In this document: positions 30,496 to 40,121 of the stretch, in pieces
Layout of the letters: each line of letters begins with the position of its first letter
Numbering within the stretch: position 1 is the first letter of the stretch
Source: Candidatus Dormiibacterota bacterium
Lineage (GTDB): Bacteria > Chloroflexota > Dormibacteria > Aeolococcales > Aeolococcaceae
Length of the DNA: 64,000 bases
Direction: 5' to 3'
Assembly (NCBI GenBank): GCA_963709585.1
Contig: CAVPXI010000014.1
Coordinates: 288,001 to 352,000 of the forward strand
Made by a program: the position numbers and the translations under genes
Notes under the pieces: generated by a model
What the model was told of the DNA's origin: nothing
What the model saw: the letters and a program-made list of their open reading frames with translations, nothing else
Databases searched by the model: none

Positions 30496-31344
30496 ATGCC
30501 ATCCGATTTCCCGGCACCACCACCGCCTCCTCCGCCGCTGGCCGAGTCCCTGGGTAAGGGAACCGGTCGAATTCGGCTGTTCGTGATCGGGCTGGCCATT
30601 GCGGTCGTCGGTGCCACCACAGGGTTCATCGTGACTCACGCCGCATCACCGAACTCGGCGAACACCGCCGCGGTGACCAAACCGAGCCCTTCGCCGTCAG
30701 CGCACAAGCCCTCGTTCGGCGGCCACAGCCCAGGCGGTTCGATGTGCGGAGCACCGTTTGCAGGCGACGGGTTTGGCGGACCGTCGTTCTTCTGCGGCGG
30801 GGAGACCGGCACGGTCATCAAGATCAGTGGATCGACGCTGACATTGCGGACGCTCGCGGGCACGGTCACGGTCACCACCACTTCGTCGACCACCTACAGC
30901 CGTGAAGAGCAGCAGGTACACCTCAGCGCCGTCAAGGTCGGCGACGTCGTTGCGGTGCGCGGGAGCCGGACCGGCACGTCGCCGACTGTGACCTCACCGA
31001 TCGCAGCGACAGCCATCACCGTCGAGGTACCGAGCATCTCGGGGCGCGTGCAGTCGGTGAGCGGCAAGACCGTCACGCTCGTTACCGGCGATGGGCAGCT
31101 CGCATACATCACCATCTCGAGCTCGACTGCGTATCACGGCGTCCGAGGCGCGACTGCGAAAAGCAGCTCGGTCAAGGCCGGGGTGTACATCGTGGCGCAG
31201 GGAACGCAGGTCGGCCTGACGACGCTCAACGCAGACAACGTCCAGGTGCTCGGGGCGTTGAGCTTTACTCCACACGGCTTCCCTGGCCATTCCAGCACTG
31301 TGCCCGAGCCCGCACAGTCAGGGAGCCAGGCCACCGCCGCTTAG
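30496..31344 (+). CDS. Membrane-anchored DUF5666-like repeat protein
   Basis: N-terminal TM helix; two G.V..ISG.T.T...VKVG..V.V.G beta repeats. Confidence 0.65.
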   Translation: MPSDFPAPPPPPPPLAESLGKGTGRIRLFVIGLAIAVVGATTGFIVTHAASPNSANTAAVTKPSPSPSAHKPSFGGHSPGGSMCGAPFAGDGFGGPSFFCGGETGTVIKISGSTLTLRTLAGTVTVTTTSSTTYSREEQQVHLSAVKVGDVVAVRGSRTGTSPTVTSPIAATAITVEVPSISGRVQSVSGKTVTLVTGDGQLAYITISSSTAYHGVRGATAKSSSVKAGVYIVAQGTQVGLTTLNADNVQVLGALSFTPHGFPGHSSTVPEPAQSGSQATAA

Positions 31345-31410
31345 GCTTGCGCCACGCCGAGCGCCTCGATGAGCGTTCAGGCACAGACGTCCTCCCAGGG
31401 CACGGCCGGG

Positions 31411-32443
31411 TCATGGTGACCGCTGCCGCATCGCGCGCGCCCGGCGGCGCAGCTCGCGACGCTGCTCAGCCTTCGCCCGGAGGTCACGGGCACTGTCGAG
31501 GCGCTCCTGCTCGCGTTCGAGCTTGCGCTTCGAACTCGAGGCGCGCGAGCACGGTCGGGTCGCCGGCCGCGGCGTCGCGCACCGCGCATCCGGGTTCCTT
31601 TTCGTGCTTGCAGTTGCGGAATCGGCAGTGCGCTGCAACCTCGGTGAGGTCGCCGAACACCTCGTCGATACCCGCGCCGGCGTCCCACAGACCGAGCTCC
31701 CGTGTGCCCGGCGTGTCGATGATGAGCCCGCCCCCCGGGAGCTCGATCAGCTCCCGGCGCGTGGTCGTGTGCCGGCCTTGCCGTCCGCGCGCACCTCGCC
31801 GGTGGCCAGCGTCTCGTTACCGGACAGCCGGTTGACCAGCGTCGACTTACCGGTACCGCTGGGCCCGACCAGGACGGCGACCAGGCCTTCGAGCAGCACC
31901 TCGCGCAGCCGCGCAAGCCCCGCGCCGGATGCGCTGACCGCGATGACCTCGGTGCCTCCCGCGACCGAACGTGCGGCGCGAAGATCGGCGTCGACATCGG
32001 CGCTCAGGTCCGATTTGGTGAGCAGCACGACCGGTGCCGCTCCGCTGGACCATGCCATGGCGAGCGCCCGTTCAATGCGCCGGAGGCTCAGTGGAGCGCC
32101 GAGTGCGACGGTGATGAAGACGAGGTCGATGTTGGCCGCAACCGCCTGGCCCGCGGTCGCGATCCCGGCAGCGCGACGCATCAACACGCTCCGTCGCGGG
32201 AGCAGATGCACGGCGACGCCGCCTTCGATGACGAGCCAGTCACCGGTGGTGATGCCGCCGTCGTCGGGCACGCCGGACAGTGCTGCCGCCAGCGGCGCGC
32301 GTTGCTGGCCGGCATCGGTCAGAACCGTCACTACACGTCCGTCGACGCGGATGACGAGGCCGCGGCGGCCGTCGCGAGTGGCCTCAGCGAATGCCGTTTC
32401 GAGTGAGCCGTTCCACCCTAGCGCGGTGAGACGGTAAGGTCAT
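31411..32443 (-). CDS. rsgA: Ribosome small subunit-dependent GTPase A paralogue (frameshifts near 32430, 31775 and 31540)
   Basis: AANID, LTKSD, GPSGTGKSTLVN, HTTT, DTPG and C.F.NC.H motifs spread across frames. Confidence 0.85.
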
Positions 32444-32559
32444 GGGACAAGTGGGAACTCCATGCTGCAGTGAGAGCCCGGAGCCCCGTGTGCAGTCCCG
32501 CACCAGCGCGTGGCGCGGAATCAGCGGACGATCAGGCGGCGGAGCCGCCGGGTACGACA

Positions 32560-32598
32560 TCAGAGGGTGGGCGCTGCAGGCGCAATCACAAGTGTCAT
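32560..32598 (-). CDS. Putative leader peptide MTLVIAPAAPTL upstream of rsgA
   Basis: GGAGG (32608-12) lies 9 nt before the ATG; 12 codons plus TGA; GC-rich leader follows. Confidence 0.5.
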   Translation of the reverse strand: MTLVIAPAAPTL

Positions 32599-32646
32599 GT
32601 CTGTTGCCCTCCGGTGGTCGTCTGGATCTATCGACTGCATCGTACC

Positions 32647-33336
32647 TCACGCGGGGAATGCAGGCATCATGCAGCTCGGGTCACCCGCATCACGAGGACA
32701 GAGGTCAGCCCCGGCGAGCACAAGGCCGCCGGCCACGTCGGCAAGGTAGTGCTGTTTCACGAGGACGGTCGACGCGACGATCAGCGCGGCCCAGATTGCG
32801 GCTGGGAGGCCGATCCGCCGGTCGACGCGCCACCAGTGCAGGGCGATGATCGTCGACAGCGATGTGTGCAGGCTCGGGAAGTCGTTGTAGGGCTGATCGG
32901 ACGCGTAGATGCTTCGGATCAGCCCGGAGAACGGGTCGGTGCCGACGACCTGCGGCCGTGCGACGTACGACTGCAGGAAGAAGTAGAAGGCGTAGCTGAT
33001 GAACCACACGATGATCATCGTCAGCGCGGCGGACCGGTAGACGCGTACGCGAAAGAAGAGAAACGCGATGAGGCTGACGACGATGTAAGGAATCAGCGAC
33101 ACGTAGGGGATGGCGAAGATCGGCACGACCGGCAGCGCTCGGTCCAGCGGCGTCTGCAGGAAGATGCGGTTGGGACCATGGTTGAGTGACCCGTAGATGA
33201 GGTTGGTCCCGAGGATCGCGGGGATGAGCAGCAGGCTCACGGTCAGGCCCCAGCCGCGTTCGGGGAGGATCCCGCGGCCGAGGTGGGTGTTCAGCCACGT
33301 GGAAGGCGGCGCGGGCGTTTCGGCTACCTCGCTCAT
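32647..33336 (-). CDS. PAP2-family membrane phosphatase/transferase (C-terminus probably frameshifted)
   Basis: NDFPSLH and STVLVKQHY..DV..G motifs. Confidence 0.8.
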   Translation of the reverse strand: MSEVAETPAPPSTWLNTHLGRGILPERGWGLTVSLLLIPAILGTNLIYGSLNHGPNRIFLQTPLDRALPVVPIFAIPYVSLIPYIVVSLIAFLFFRVRVYRSAALTMIIVWFISYAFYFFLQSYVARPQVVGTDPFSGLIRSIYASDQPYNDFPSLHTSLSTIIALHWWRVDRRIGLPAAIWAALIVASTVLVKQHYLADVAGGLVLAGADLCPRDAGDPSCMMPAFPA

Positions 33337-33422
33337 GTGGCTCCTCCCGGTTCACCCGATTGCGCGGTGAGCCTACCGCGGCACCGTCGCCTGCGCCGAA
33401 TGGCGGGTACCATGGTCGGGAC

Positions 33423-33499
<77 letters not shown>

Positions 33500-33500
33500 T

Positions 33501-33845
33501 TCGCCTGAGCGCTATCAGCGCGTCCGGCCAGCGGACGCCCGGGGCAACAGGATCTTCCTCGCGGCCAGGCGTGATGCCTTCGGCGAGTACGCGCCGCTGA
33601 CAACCAGCGGCGTCCTCCAGCTCCTCCGTGGCGCGGCCGACCGCGCCGCGATCACACGGCATGTGCACCCGCACCTCCTCCGGCATTCGTTCGCGACCGA
33701 GGCGATGCGCCGCGGCATGAACCCGGTGCAACTCGCCCAACTCCTCGGACATAGCGGTCTGCGCATGATCGAGCAGGTCTACGCTCACCTCAACGCGGCT
33801 GACGTCTACGAGGCAGTGATGCGCACGCTCACGGTCCAGAAATAA
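33501..33845 (+). pseudogene. C-terminal fragment of a tyrosine recombinase/integrase
   Basis: HLLRHSFAT..LLGHS..Y motifs; no N-terminal half, and the frame runs straight into the tRNA. Confidence 0.85.
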
Positions 33846-34220
33846 CCGGAAAACCCAGCCCGCCAGACACACACAGAACCAGCTCGCTCCCTTGGTACCG
33901 CTCCTCACTGACACATCAGCCCTTCATCCCACTTCGTTGTGGCAGTGAGGAGCGGGAGCTACGGACAGCAACGCTGGCCGGGGCAAGGGGAGCGAGCGGC
34001 CGCCTGTTGAACTGAAATGTCCGTCGGAGGCGCGCCGGCGTCGCTTTCAGTGGGGTGGCTAGTTCGACTAGCCACCTGAGTAGCCGGGGCCCTTTCGAGA
34101 TTTGAGCACCTACCATGCCGGGCAAAGCAGCGAGCCCGGCGGTCGTCCGCCCATTGTCAGAGGTCGCGTTCCCACGTCAGCAAGGGAAACGCGCCGCAAC
34201 GGGTTCGTGATCGACTGGTG

Positions 34221-34236
34221 ATAGCATCTGTGCTAT
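34221..34236. promoter_or_regulatory. Palindromic operator ATAGCA-N4-TGCTAT at the toxin start
   Basis: Perfect 6-bp inverted repeat overlapping a TAGCAT -10-like hexamer and the ATG. Confidence 0.6.
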
Positions 34237-34582
34237 GGGTTGGGGCACGGTCGAACTCGAGCCGGAAGTAGATGAGTGGCTCTTCGGGCTCGACGACGAG
34301 TTGTTCGGCCGCGCCGCCTTCCACATCGACCGCTTAGAGGAGAAAGGAGCCCTACTTGACGAGCCGTACACCCGCCAACTCGACGGCAAGCTACGCGAGT
34401 TGCGCTTCTACCTTGGCGGCCAGCCGACACGGGTCAGCTACTACATCGCTCACGGCCGGAGGATCGTTCTCTTGACCGTGTTTGCGAAGACGAGGCAACA
34501 AGAGAAGCGGGAGGTCGCTCGAGCCAAACGAGTGATGGCTCGGTGCATTGCCGAAGGACATGTCGAGGAGGATTCACGATGA
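34235..34582 (+). CDS. Type II TA toxin, RelE/HigB (Gp49-like)
   Basis: L.EPY.RQL.GKLRELR..R..Y...IVLLTVF.K motif. Confidence 0.88.
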   Translation: MGWGTVELEPEVDEWLFGLDDELFGRAAFHIDRLEEKGALLDEPYTRQLDGKLRELRFYLGGQPTRVSYYIAHGRRIVLLTVFAKTRQQEKREVARAKRVMARCIAEGHVEEDSR

Positions 34583-34866
34583 GCAGGAAGACATGGCAGG
34601 AAGTCCGGGCCAATCGACTGGCGACGCCGGCGGCGCGGGACGCATACTGGCGCGCCCAGCGAGCATTTCAGATCGGCGAGGAGGTGCGTCGGCTCCGCAT
34701 CGCCGCCGGCCTTTCCCAGCGACAGCTAGCGGACAAGATGGGTTCGAGCCAGTCCGTCATCGCGCGCCTCGAGGCCGGCGGCGTCGAGCCAACGCTTGCT
34801 ACGCTCGATCGGGTGGCGAGCGCCCTCGGCGCAGATCTCGATATCCACTTTGCTGCGATTGCTTAA
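34579..34866 (+). CDS. XRE HTH antitoxin (HigA-like)
   Basis: GLSQRQLA.KMG.SQS.IARLE.G; downstream of the toxin with an ATGA overlap. Confidence 0.88.
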   Translation: MSRKTWQEVRANRLATPAARDAYWRAQRAFQIGEEVRRLRIAAGLSQRQLADKMGSSQSVIARLEAGGVEPTLATLDRVASALGADLDIHFAAIA

Positions 34867-34875
34867 CGTCGGCTC

Positions 34876-37009
34876 GTGCGGCCGGGAGGTGTTGGCTTGA
34901 GGTTTCAGAGCATCGATATCCGGAACTTCCGTGCTATTCAGCAGTTCTCCGTCGGAGATCTAAGCGACCTAATCCTCATTGCTGGACCAAACGGCTGTGG
35001 CAAGTCATGCATCCTCGACGCGATACGACTGCTCAAGAGTGTCTACGGCGGATACCAAACGAACGAGTGGATGCAGTGGTTCGGCGAATTTCAGGTGAAT
35101 CTCAATGACCCGAACAACCTCAGCGGAGTCTTCCGCGACAAGCAAATACCCATACAGATATCGGCGGTTATTCAGTTAGCTGCGGCTGAAACCGCGTTTT
35201 TGGCGGAGCACGCGTATCCATTATGCGAGCCAATCATCTGGGCCGAGGTCACGCGTCTCCCCATGGAGGCATACCTGTACTCCCCCCTTGCGTACGCGGC
35301 TCAGTACCCCGCACTCGTGCCTGAGGTCGCTCAACGCTGTACGGATACTGCCGCCGAGCTACAGAGCGAGGTCGCAAAGGCTACTCACTCGCTCTCGTTG
35401 ACACTGTTTCCGACCGGCCAACTCCTTACGTCGCCCTCCCTCGTCGCGAAGGTCATCTTTCAGACTTACGATCCTGAGCACCTCGGGATCATCGACTTCC
35501 ACAGTGCGTCCCGTACCTATGCTCGCGAGGCAATCGGTGGCATTTAATCTGGACGTGAAGGCTCTCGAGACTCAGCGGCGGACACAGACGTTGTACAACT
35601 GGCAAGCAAAATACCAGAACATCAAGTCCGAGTTGGTCACGATGTATGTGCGCTCGCTGGTGTCTCAACAGGCGGGCGGTCCCGACAACGCATCGCAAAC
35701 CCTCGACGAAACCCTGAAGGAGCTTTTCTGTACCTTTTTTCCAGAGAAGGAATACCTCGGCGTGCAGGCATCCGAGGACGGAAGCATCGAGCTTCCCGGT
35801 TCGCCTCTCGACCGGGGAAACGCACGATATCAATGACCTCAGCTCTGGAGAGAAGGAGGTCTTGTACGGTTACCTTCGTCTACGCGGTTCGACGGCGGGC
35901 AACTCCACGATCCTGCTCGACGAGCCAGAGCTCCACCTGAACCCGGGGCTTCTCCAGGGCTTTCCGGACTTCTACTTCAGGCACCTCTCGAGAGGGCTCG
36001 GCAACCAACTCTGGCTGGTGACGCACTCCGATGCGCTGTTACGGCAACGGTCGGGAACCCAAATTTCAGCGTGTTCCACATGACCAGTGCAACAAACGTT
36101 GCACACGGTTCAAATCAGGCAGTTGCGGTCGCCGAGGACGAAATGGAAGCGGCGTTGCTCGACCTCGTCGGTGACCTGGCCGCCTATCGACCAACGGGCA
36201 AGGTCCTCATTTTCGAGGGAGGCGGGGATCGCGATTTCGACGTCAGCGTAGTACGGCGGCTTTTCCCTGACCTCGGCGCGCATGCGAACTTGATTAGCGG
36301 CGGATCAAAGGGGCGCGTCCGCGATCTGTATCGCGCCCTCCAGCGCCTGGCGGAACAAACCGGGTTGGCCGACCGATACTTCGCGATCACGGACCGCGAC
36401 AGCGAAACTCAGGTCGACGACTTGCCCGAAGGCCACGTGTTGTCTTGGGACGTCTACCACATCGAGAACTACCTTCTGGATCCGGAGTTCGTCTTCCGAG
36501 CCTACGCCGCTGTGGTAGCGACCCCAGTTCTTGATGAACCCGCCGCGACGGCGGATGCCTTGAAACGTGTTGCGGAGCGAAGCATTAGCAGGGTGGTTCT
36601 CGTACAGCTGCAAGAGCGAGTGAATAACGAGCTGATGGAGAGCATATCGATAGGGGCGGCACCCGACACCCCGACACCGGCTCGAGACCTCCTGCCTTCT
36701 ATCGAAGCCTCTCTAGACCGAGTCACCGCGTTGAGGGCGTCAGTTGGAAATGCAGCGATTCTTGACGAGTGGGCCACGAGCTACACGGAGGAGTTGCGAG
36801 CGACGATTGCCGACGGAAATTGGCTTGGTCATGTCCCGGGTCGAACCATCCTTCACGCGTTCGTTAACGAGTATCTCGGAGGGGCTGTGACGTACGACGG
36901 TTTCGTCAACCTCATCATTAACCAGATGGTCGCGGTCGGTCATCAGCCGGCAGCCATGAGCGCGGTTCTGGCGCGTGTAACCGCCACCCATCCCCGCCCC
37001 GAAGTTTAG
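34876..37009 (+). CDS. ABC-type ATPase fused to a TOPRIM/DUF4435-like nuclease (PARIS/OLD-like); 3 apparent frameshifts
   Basis: NFRAI, GPNGCGKS, LSSGEKE, LLDEPELHL and VTHS, followed by FEG..D, ISGG, TDRD and YHIENY. Indels near 35545, 35790 and 36048. Confidence 0.75.
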
Positions 37010-37707
37010 CGGGCGCCGTCTGACAGCAGCCCGCCAGCTGCATTGATGATGAGTTGCCCTGCTTCTAGGCCTTCATGGCAGAGCCTCTTGGTGCGTTCAA
37101 TCGCTCGCGGTCTGCGCGCTCGGTCGCCTCTCTTCTCCGTCCGCTGTAGGTCAAGTTCGTGGGAGACTTGGTTTCGGGCAATGAACAAGTCCTTGAGCTG
37201 CCTAATCCGCTCGCGCAAAGTACGTGCGTCGATCCCAAGCGCGCCCGCAATTCTGTCCACCTCATCGGCCGATTGGAGGCTAGATCCCGTCAGTTCGTAC
37301 ACGTAATCTTCAATGAGTTGGCTCCGGGGGTCCGGGCTGGTCAGATAGCGTGCGACCGACTTCGAGTCAGCGAGGTCGCCAATCCCGAGCTTGCTAGCGG
37401 CAAACGCCTCAAACTTATCGTGGGCTTGACGGCTTACTGCCAGAAGGCTTGGCAGCGTGTCGCGGATCAAACGCTTCAGACTTGCATCGAGGCCCGCTCC
37501 AGTGAAGACGATCGCCGCTCGAAGAAGATCCTCTTCGTTAGCCGGGAGGCGGCCCTTAAGTAGCGTGCCCTTGGCTTTCCGAAGCGCACGGATAGTCGCA
37601 AGGACGTCAAAAACGGCCTCTACCGAGTTGAAGGCGCTCGCCAAATATCGCTGCGCCGTCTCAGTCCCGGGTTCACCGCTTGCCGGCGGAAGCGGAGGTA
37701 GATGCAC
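37006..37707 (-). CDS. HEPN-domain protein (RiboL-PSP-HEPN-like)
   Basis: DLLRAAIVF..A.LD helix and RNQVSH (Rx4H) motif. Confidence 0.7.
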   Translation of the reverse strand: MHLPPLPPASGEPGTETAQRYLASAFNSVEAVFDVLATIRALRKAKGTLLKGRLPANEEDLLRAAIVFTGAGLDASLKRLIRDTLPSLLAVSRQAHDKFEAFAASKLGIGDLADSKSVARYLTSPDPRSQLIEDYVYELTGSSLQSADEVDRIAGALGIDARTLRERIRQLKDLFIARNQVSHELDLQRTEKRGDRARRPRAIERTKRLCHEGLEAGQLIINAAGGLLSDGAR

Positions 37708-37915
37708 GCTTCCGATCGTACATAGACTTCGAGGACGCGTAGTGAATCCAACTTATCAACGTCGAGCTGCGCAGATTCCTTGGCGCCTACGACCTGAAGA
37801 CGTCGCAAGTGGCACTCCCTACACGGGCGCTGCGCCGGCACCGAAGCCTGGCGCCGGGGGTAGGTTGGCGCCGAACATCAAGACACATGATTGCGCGAGG
37901 CTGCCGCTCCTAAGC

Positions 37916-37944
37916 AGAGCAGCGTCGCAAGCTGACGCTGCTCT
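37916..37944. terminator. 11-bp stem-loop, possible terminator
   Basis: AGAGCAGCGTC-N7-GACGCTGCTCT. Confidence 0.4.
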
Positions 37945-38311
37945 TGAATTCAGGACTGGACCAATTTCGACCCGAATGAAGAACGCAACTCTTCCAAGCT
38001 GGATGTCGCAAGTTCGAATCTCGTCTCCCGCTCCAACTTTGTCCAGGACCTGACCTTCAGCAAGCACTTTCATGGATGGGTGCGATGGCGTCATGGACAC
38101 GCCGCGGGCGGTGGCACGCGAACTAACACGCATGGAAGAGGATGCTCCAGCGGTGCAGCAGTTCAACGCGCACCGACTGGCCACGCTACGGCGGTCGGGG
38201 TATCGGGTCCGGGAGCGTTGGCACCGTTTCGAGAACTTCCTCGCGGAGGTTCGAGAATGTCCTCCCGGGCTCTCTGTGGACCGTGGACACACGGTGGCTC
38301 CCACCGCGGTG

Positions 38312-39181
38312 TCAGTTGTCCTTGGTTAGGACGTCGCGCAGCTTGTGGGCGAAGGCTTCGGGCTGGCCGGCGTAACCGAATTCGCCGCCTGCGAAGCCCG
38401 CGTGATGGCTGGGGAAGACCGTCGCCTGCTGACCGAGTAGTTCGGCTGTGGCCACCGAGGTGCGTCCGGTGAAGGTCCCAGCGGACTCTTCGCCCACAGC
38501 GATTACGATGCGTGTCGGCGCGGCCACCAGCGCTTCGACGTCAGGGCGATAGCTGCTGACCTCCGTGGAACGCTCGGAGAGCAGGGGGTTGTCCCGGGAG
38601 CCGTCGTCCTCGCTCGGCATCCCGAACTGGGCGGGATCCGGTGTCGCTTGCGCGAAGTATTCCTCGGTGAACTCTCCCTGCCACGACGTCATGGCAATGA
38701 AGGCCGCCATCCCGAAACCCTGCCCCTTAGCCGCGTACGCGTCCCGAAATTGCGCCATGGCGCGGTCGGCGGCCCCCGCATCCGGAAGCACCGGCACCAG
38801 CGGCGGCTCGTGTGCCACCAGCACGGCGACGTCGTTGGCATATGCCTCCACAAGGGCGAGCGAGGTGACCGCGCCGCCACTGCTCGCGAACATCTCGACC
38901 GGCCCGACGTCGAGAGCCCGGATGACGGCGTGCACATCGCCCGCCTGGACGGCGGGCACGTTGTCGACCCGGCCGTCTTTGCGGATGCTGCGACCGAGAC
39001 CGCGCGGGTCATAGGTGACGACGGTGCGGTCGGGGAAGTACGACGCCAACGTTCGGAAACCGCTGGCATCCATGGGCTGCCCGATCATGAAGAGTGGTGG
39101 GCGTCCGTCGGCGGTGGGCAGCGGGCCCTCGACGTCGTAGACGATTGCGGCCTCCGCTGTTTCAAGTGTGTGTGTCTTCAC
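38312..39181 (-). CDS. Alpha/beta hydrolase
   Basis: YDPRGLGRS, ASSGGA and AHEPP motifs. Confidence 0.85.
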   Translation of the reverse strand: MKTHTLETAEAAIVYDVEGPLPTADGRPPLFMIGQPMDASGFRTLASYFPDRTVVTYDPRGLGRSIRKDGRVDNVPAVQAGDVHAVIRALDVGPVEMFASSGGAVTSLALVEAYANDVAVLVAHEPPLVPVLPDAGAADRAMAQFRDAYAAKGQGFGMAAFIAMTSWQGEFTEEYFAQATPDPAQFGMPSEDDGSRDNPLLSERSTEVSSYRPDVEALVAAPTRIVIAVGEESAGTFTGRTSVATAELLGQQATVFPSHHAGFAGGEFGYAGQPEAFAHKLRDVLTKDN

Positions 39182-39196
39182 ACCGGCCCCTCTCCG

Positions 39197-39700
39197 TCAA
39201 TCCACGAGCAACCGCTCGAGCTTGTCGAGCTGCTCGGACCAGCCCTGCTCGGCACCGGCCATCGCCTCGGCGGGCGGCATCGGCTCGAAGTAGGACTGTC
39301 GCATGGTGAGCGCGGTGCCCCCGTCGCGATCCTCAAGGGTCACCTCAATGAGCGTCGCGAACAGCTCCCCCTGCTCGTCATTGACGGCCCGGCCGCTCAT
39401 GACCAGGCGACGCGGACGGTCGATCTCGTAGTACTCGCCACCCATGTAGTGGGAGAACCGGGCGTCGGCGGGGATGGCGTCCGGCCACTCCATCGCGAGC
39501 CGGTACGTCCCCCCGACGCGAAGGTCGACCTCTGCGGCGGGGCATGTGAAGCCGTTGGGCCACCACCATTTCTTGAGCTGGTCCGGGTCTGTGAAGGCGT
39601 CAAAGACCCGCTCCGGCGAGGCCTTCAGGGTGCGCTCGATGACGAGCTGCTTGCTCGGAGTCGCAGATCGGACGTCCACGGCGGTGCGGGTCTCAGGCAT
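39197..39700 (-). CDS. SRPBCC (AHSA1/START-like) domain protein
   Basis: ERVFDAFTDP..LKKWW, DLRVGG.Y and GW...LDKL motifs. Confidence 0.88.
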   Translation of the reverse strand: MPETRTAVDVRSATPSKQLVIERTLKASPERVFDAFTDPDQLKKWWWPNGFTCPAAEVDLRVGGTYRLAMEWPDAIPADARFSHYMGGEYYEIDRPRRLVMSGRAVNDEQGELFATLIEVTLEDRDGGTALTMRQSYFEPMPPAEAMAGAEQGWSEQLDKLERLLVD

Positions 39701-40049
39701 CGGGGTTCTCCTCCGTAATGGTTGACTCGGTTTGGGCGGCAAGATGGGCGTCGAGACGGTCGAGGCGGTCGGACCATTCGGCGTGGGCACGACGGAGCCA
39801 GTCGTCCACCGGGAGCAGCCCCTCAAGCTGAAGTCGCGCCGGGCGGCGCTGGCCGTCGCGGGCCCGACCGATCAGGCCCGCCCGCTCGAGCACCTTGAGG
39901 TGCTTGGTGATGGCAGGCTGCGTCAGTGTGGAGGCATCTGCGAGCTCGACCACGCCGGCTTCCCCGGCCGCGAGGCGCTCGAGGATCGCCCTGCGGGTGG
40001 GGTCGGCAAGGGCCGCGAAGGCGCGGCTCAGGGAGTCCTTCATATCCAT
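39693..40049 (-). CDS. ArsR/SmtB family regulator
   Basis: FAALADPTRRAIL and TKHLKVLERAGLI motifs. Confidence 0.9.
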   Translation of the reverse strand: MDMKDSLSRAFAALADPTRRAILERLAAGEAGVVELADASTLTQPAITKHLKVLERAGLIGRARDGQRRPARLQLEGLLPVDDWLRRAHAEWSDRLDRLDAHLAAQTESTITEENPDA

Positions 40050-40078
40050 TACCAAGAGGTTATATTACCAGATGGTAA
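40049..40078. promoter_or_regulatory. Tandem ArsR operator candidates
   Basis: TTACCA-GA-TGGTAA (40065-78) and an imperfect TTACCA-AG-AGGTTA (40049-62). Confidence 0.55.
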
Positions 40079-40121
40079 AAGTCAACGGTGTGTCGACCTG
40101 CCGGCTGTCACCGTCCCGTCG

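Noticed and set aside
37991-38035. Second tRNA-Gly
   Set aside because: Only the 3' 45 nt are present; it is the att duplicate.
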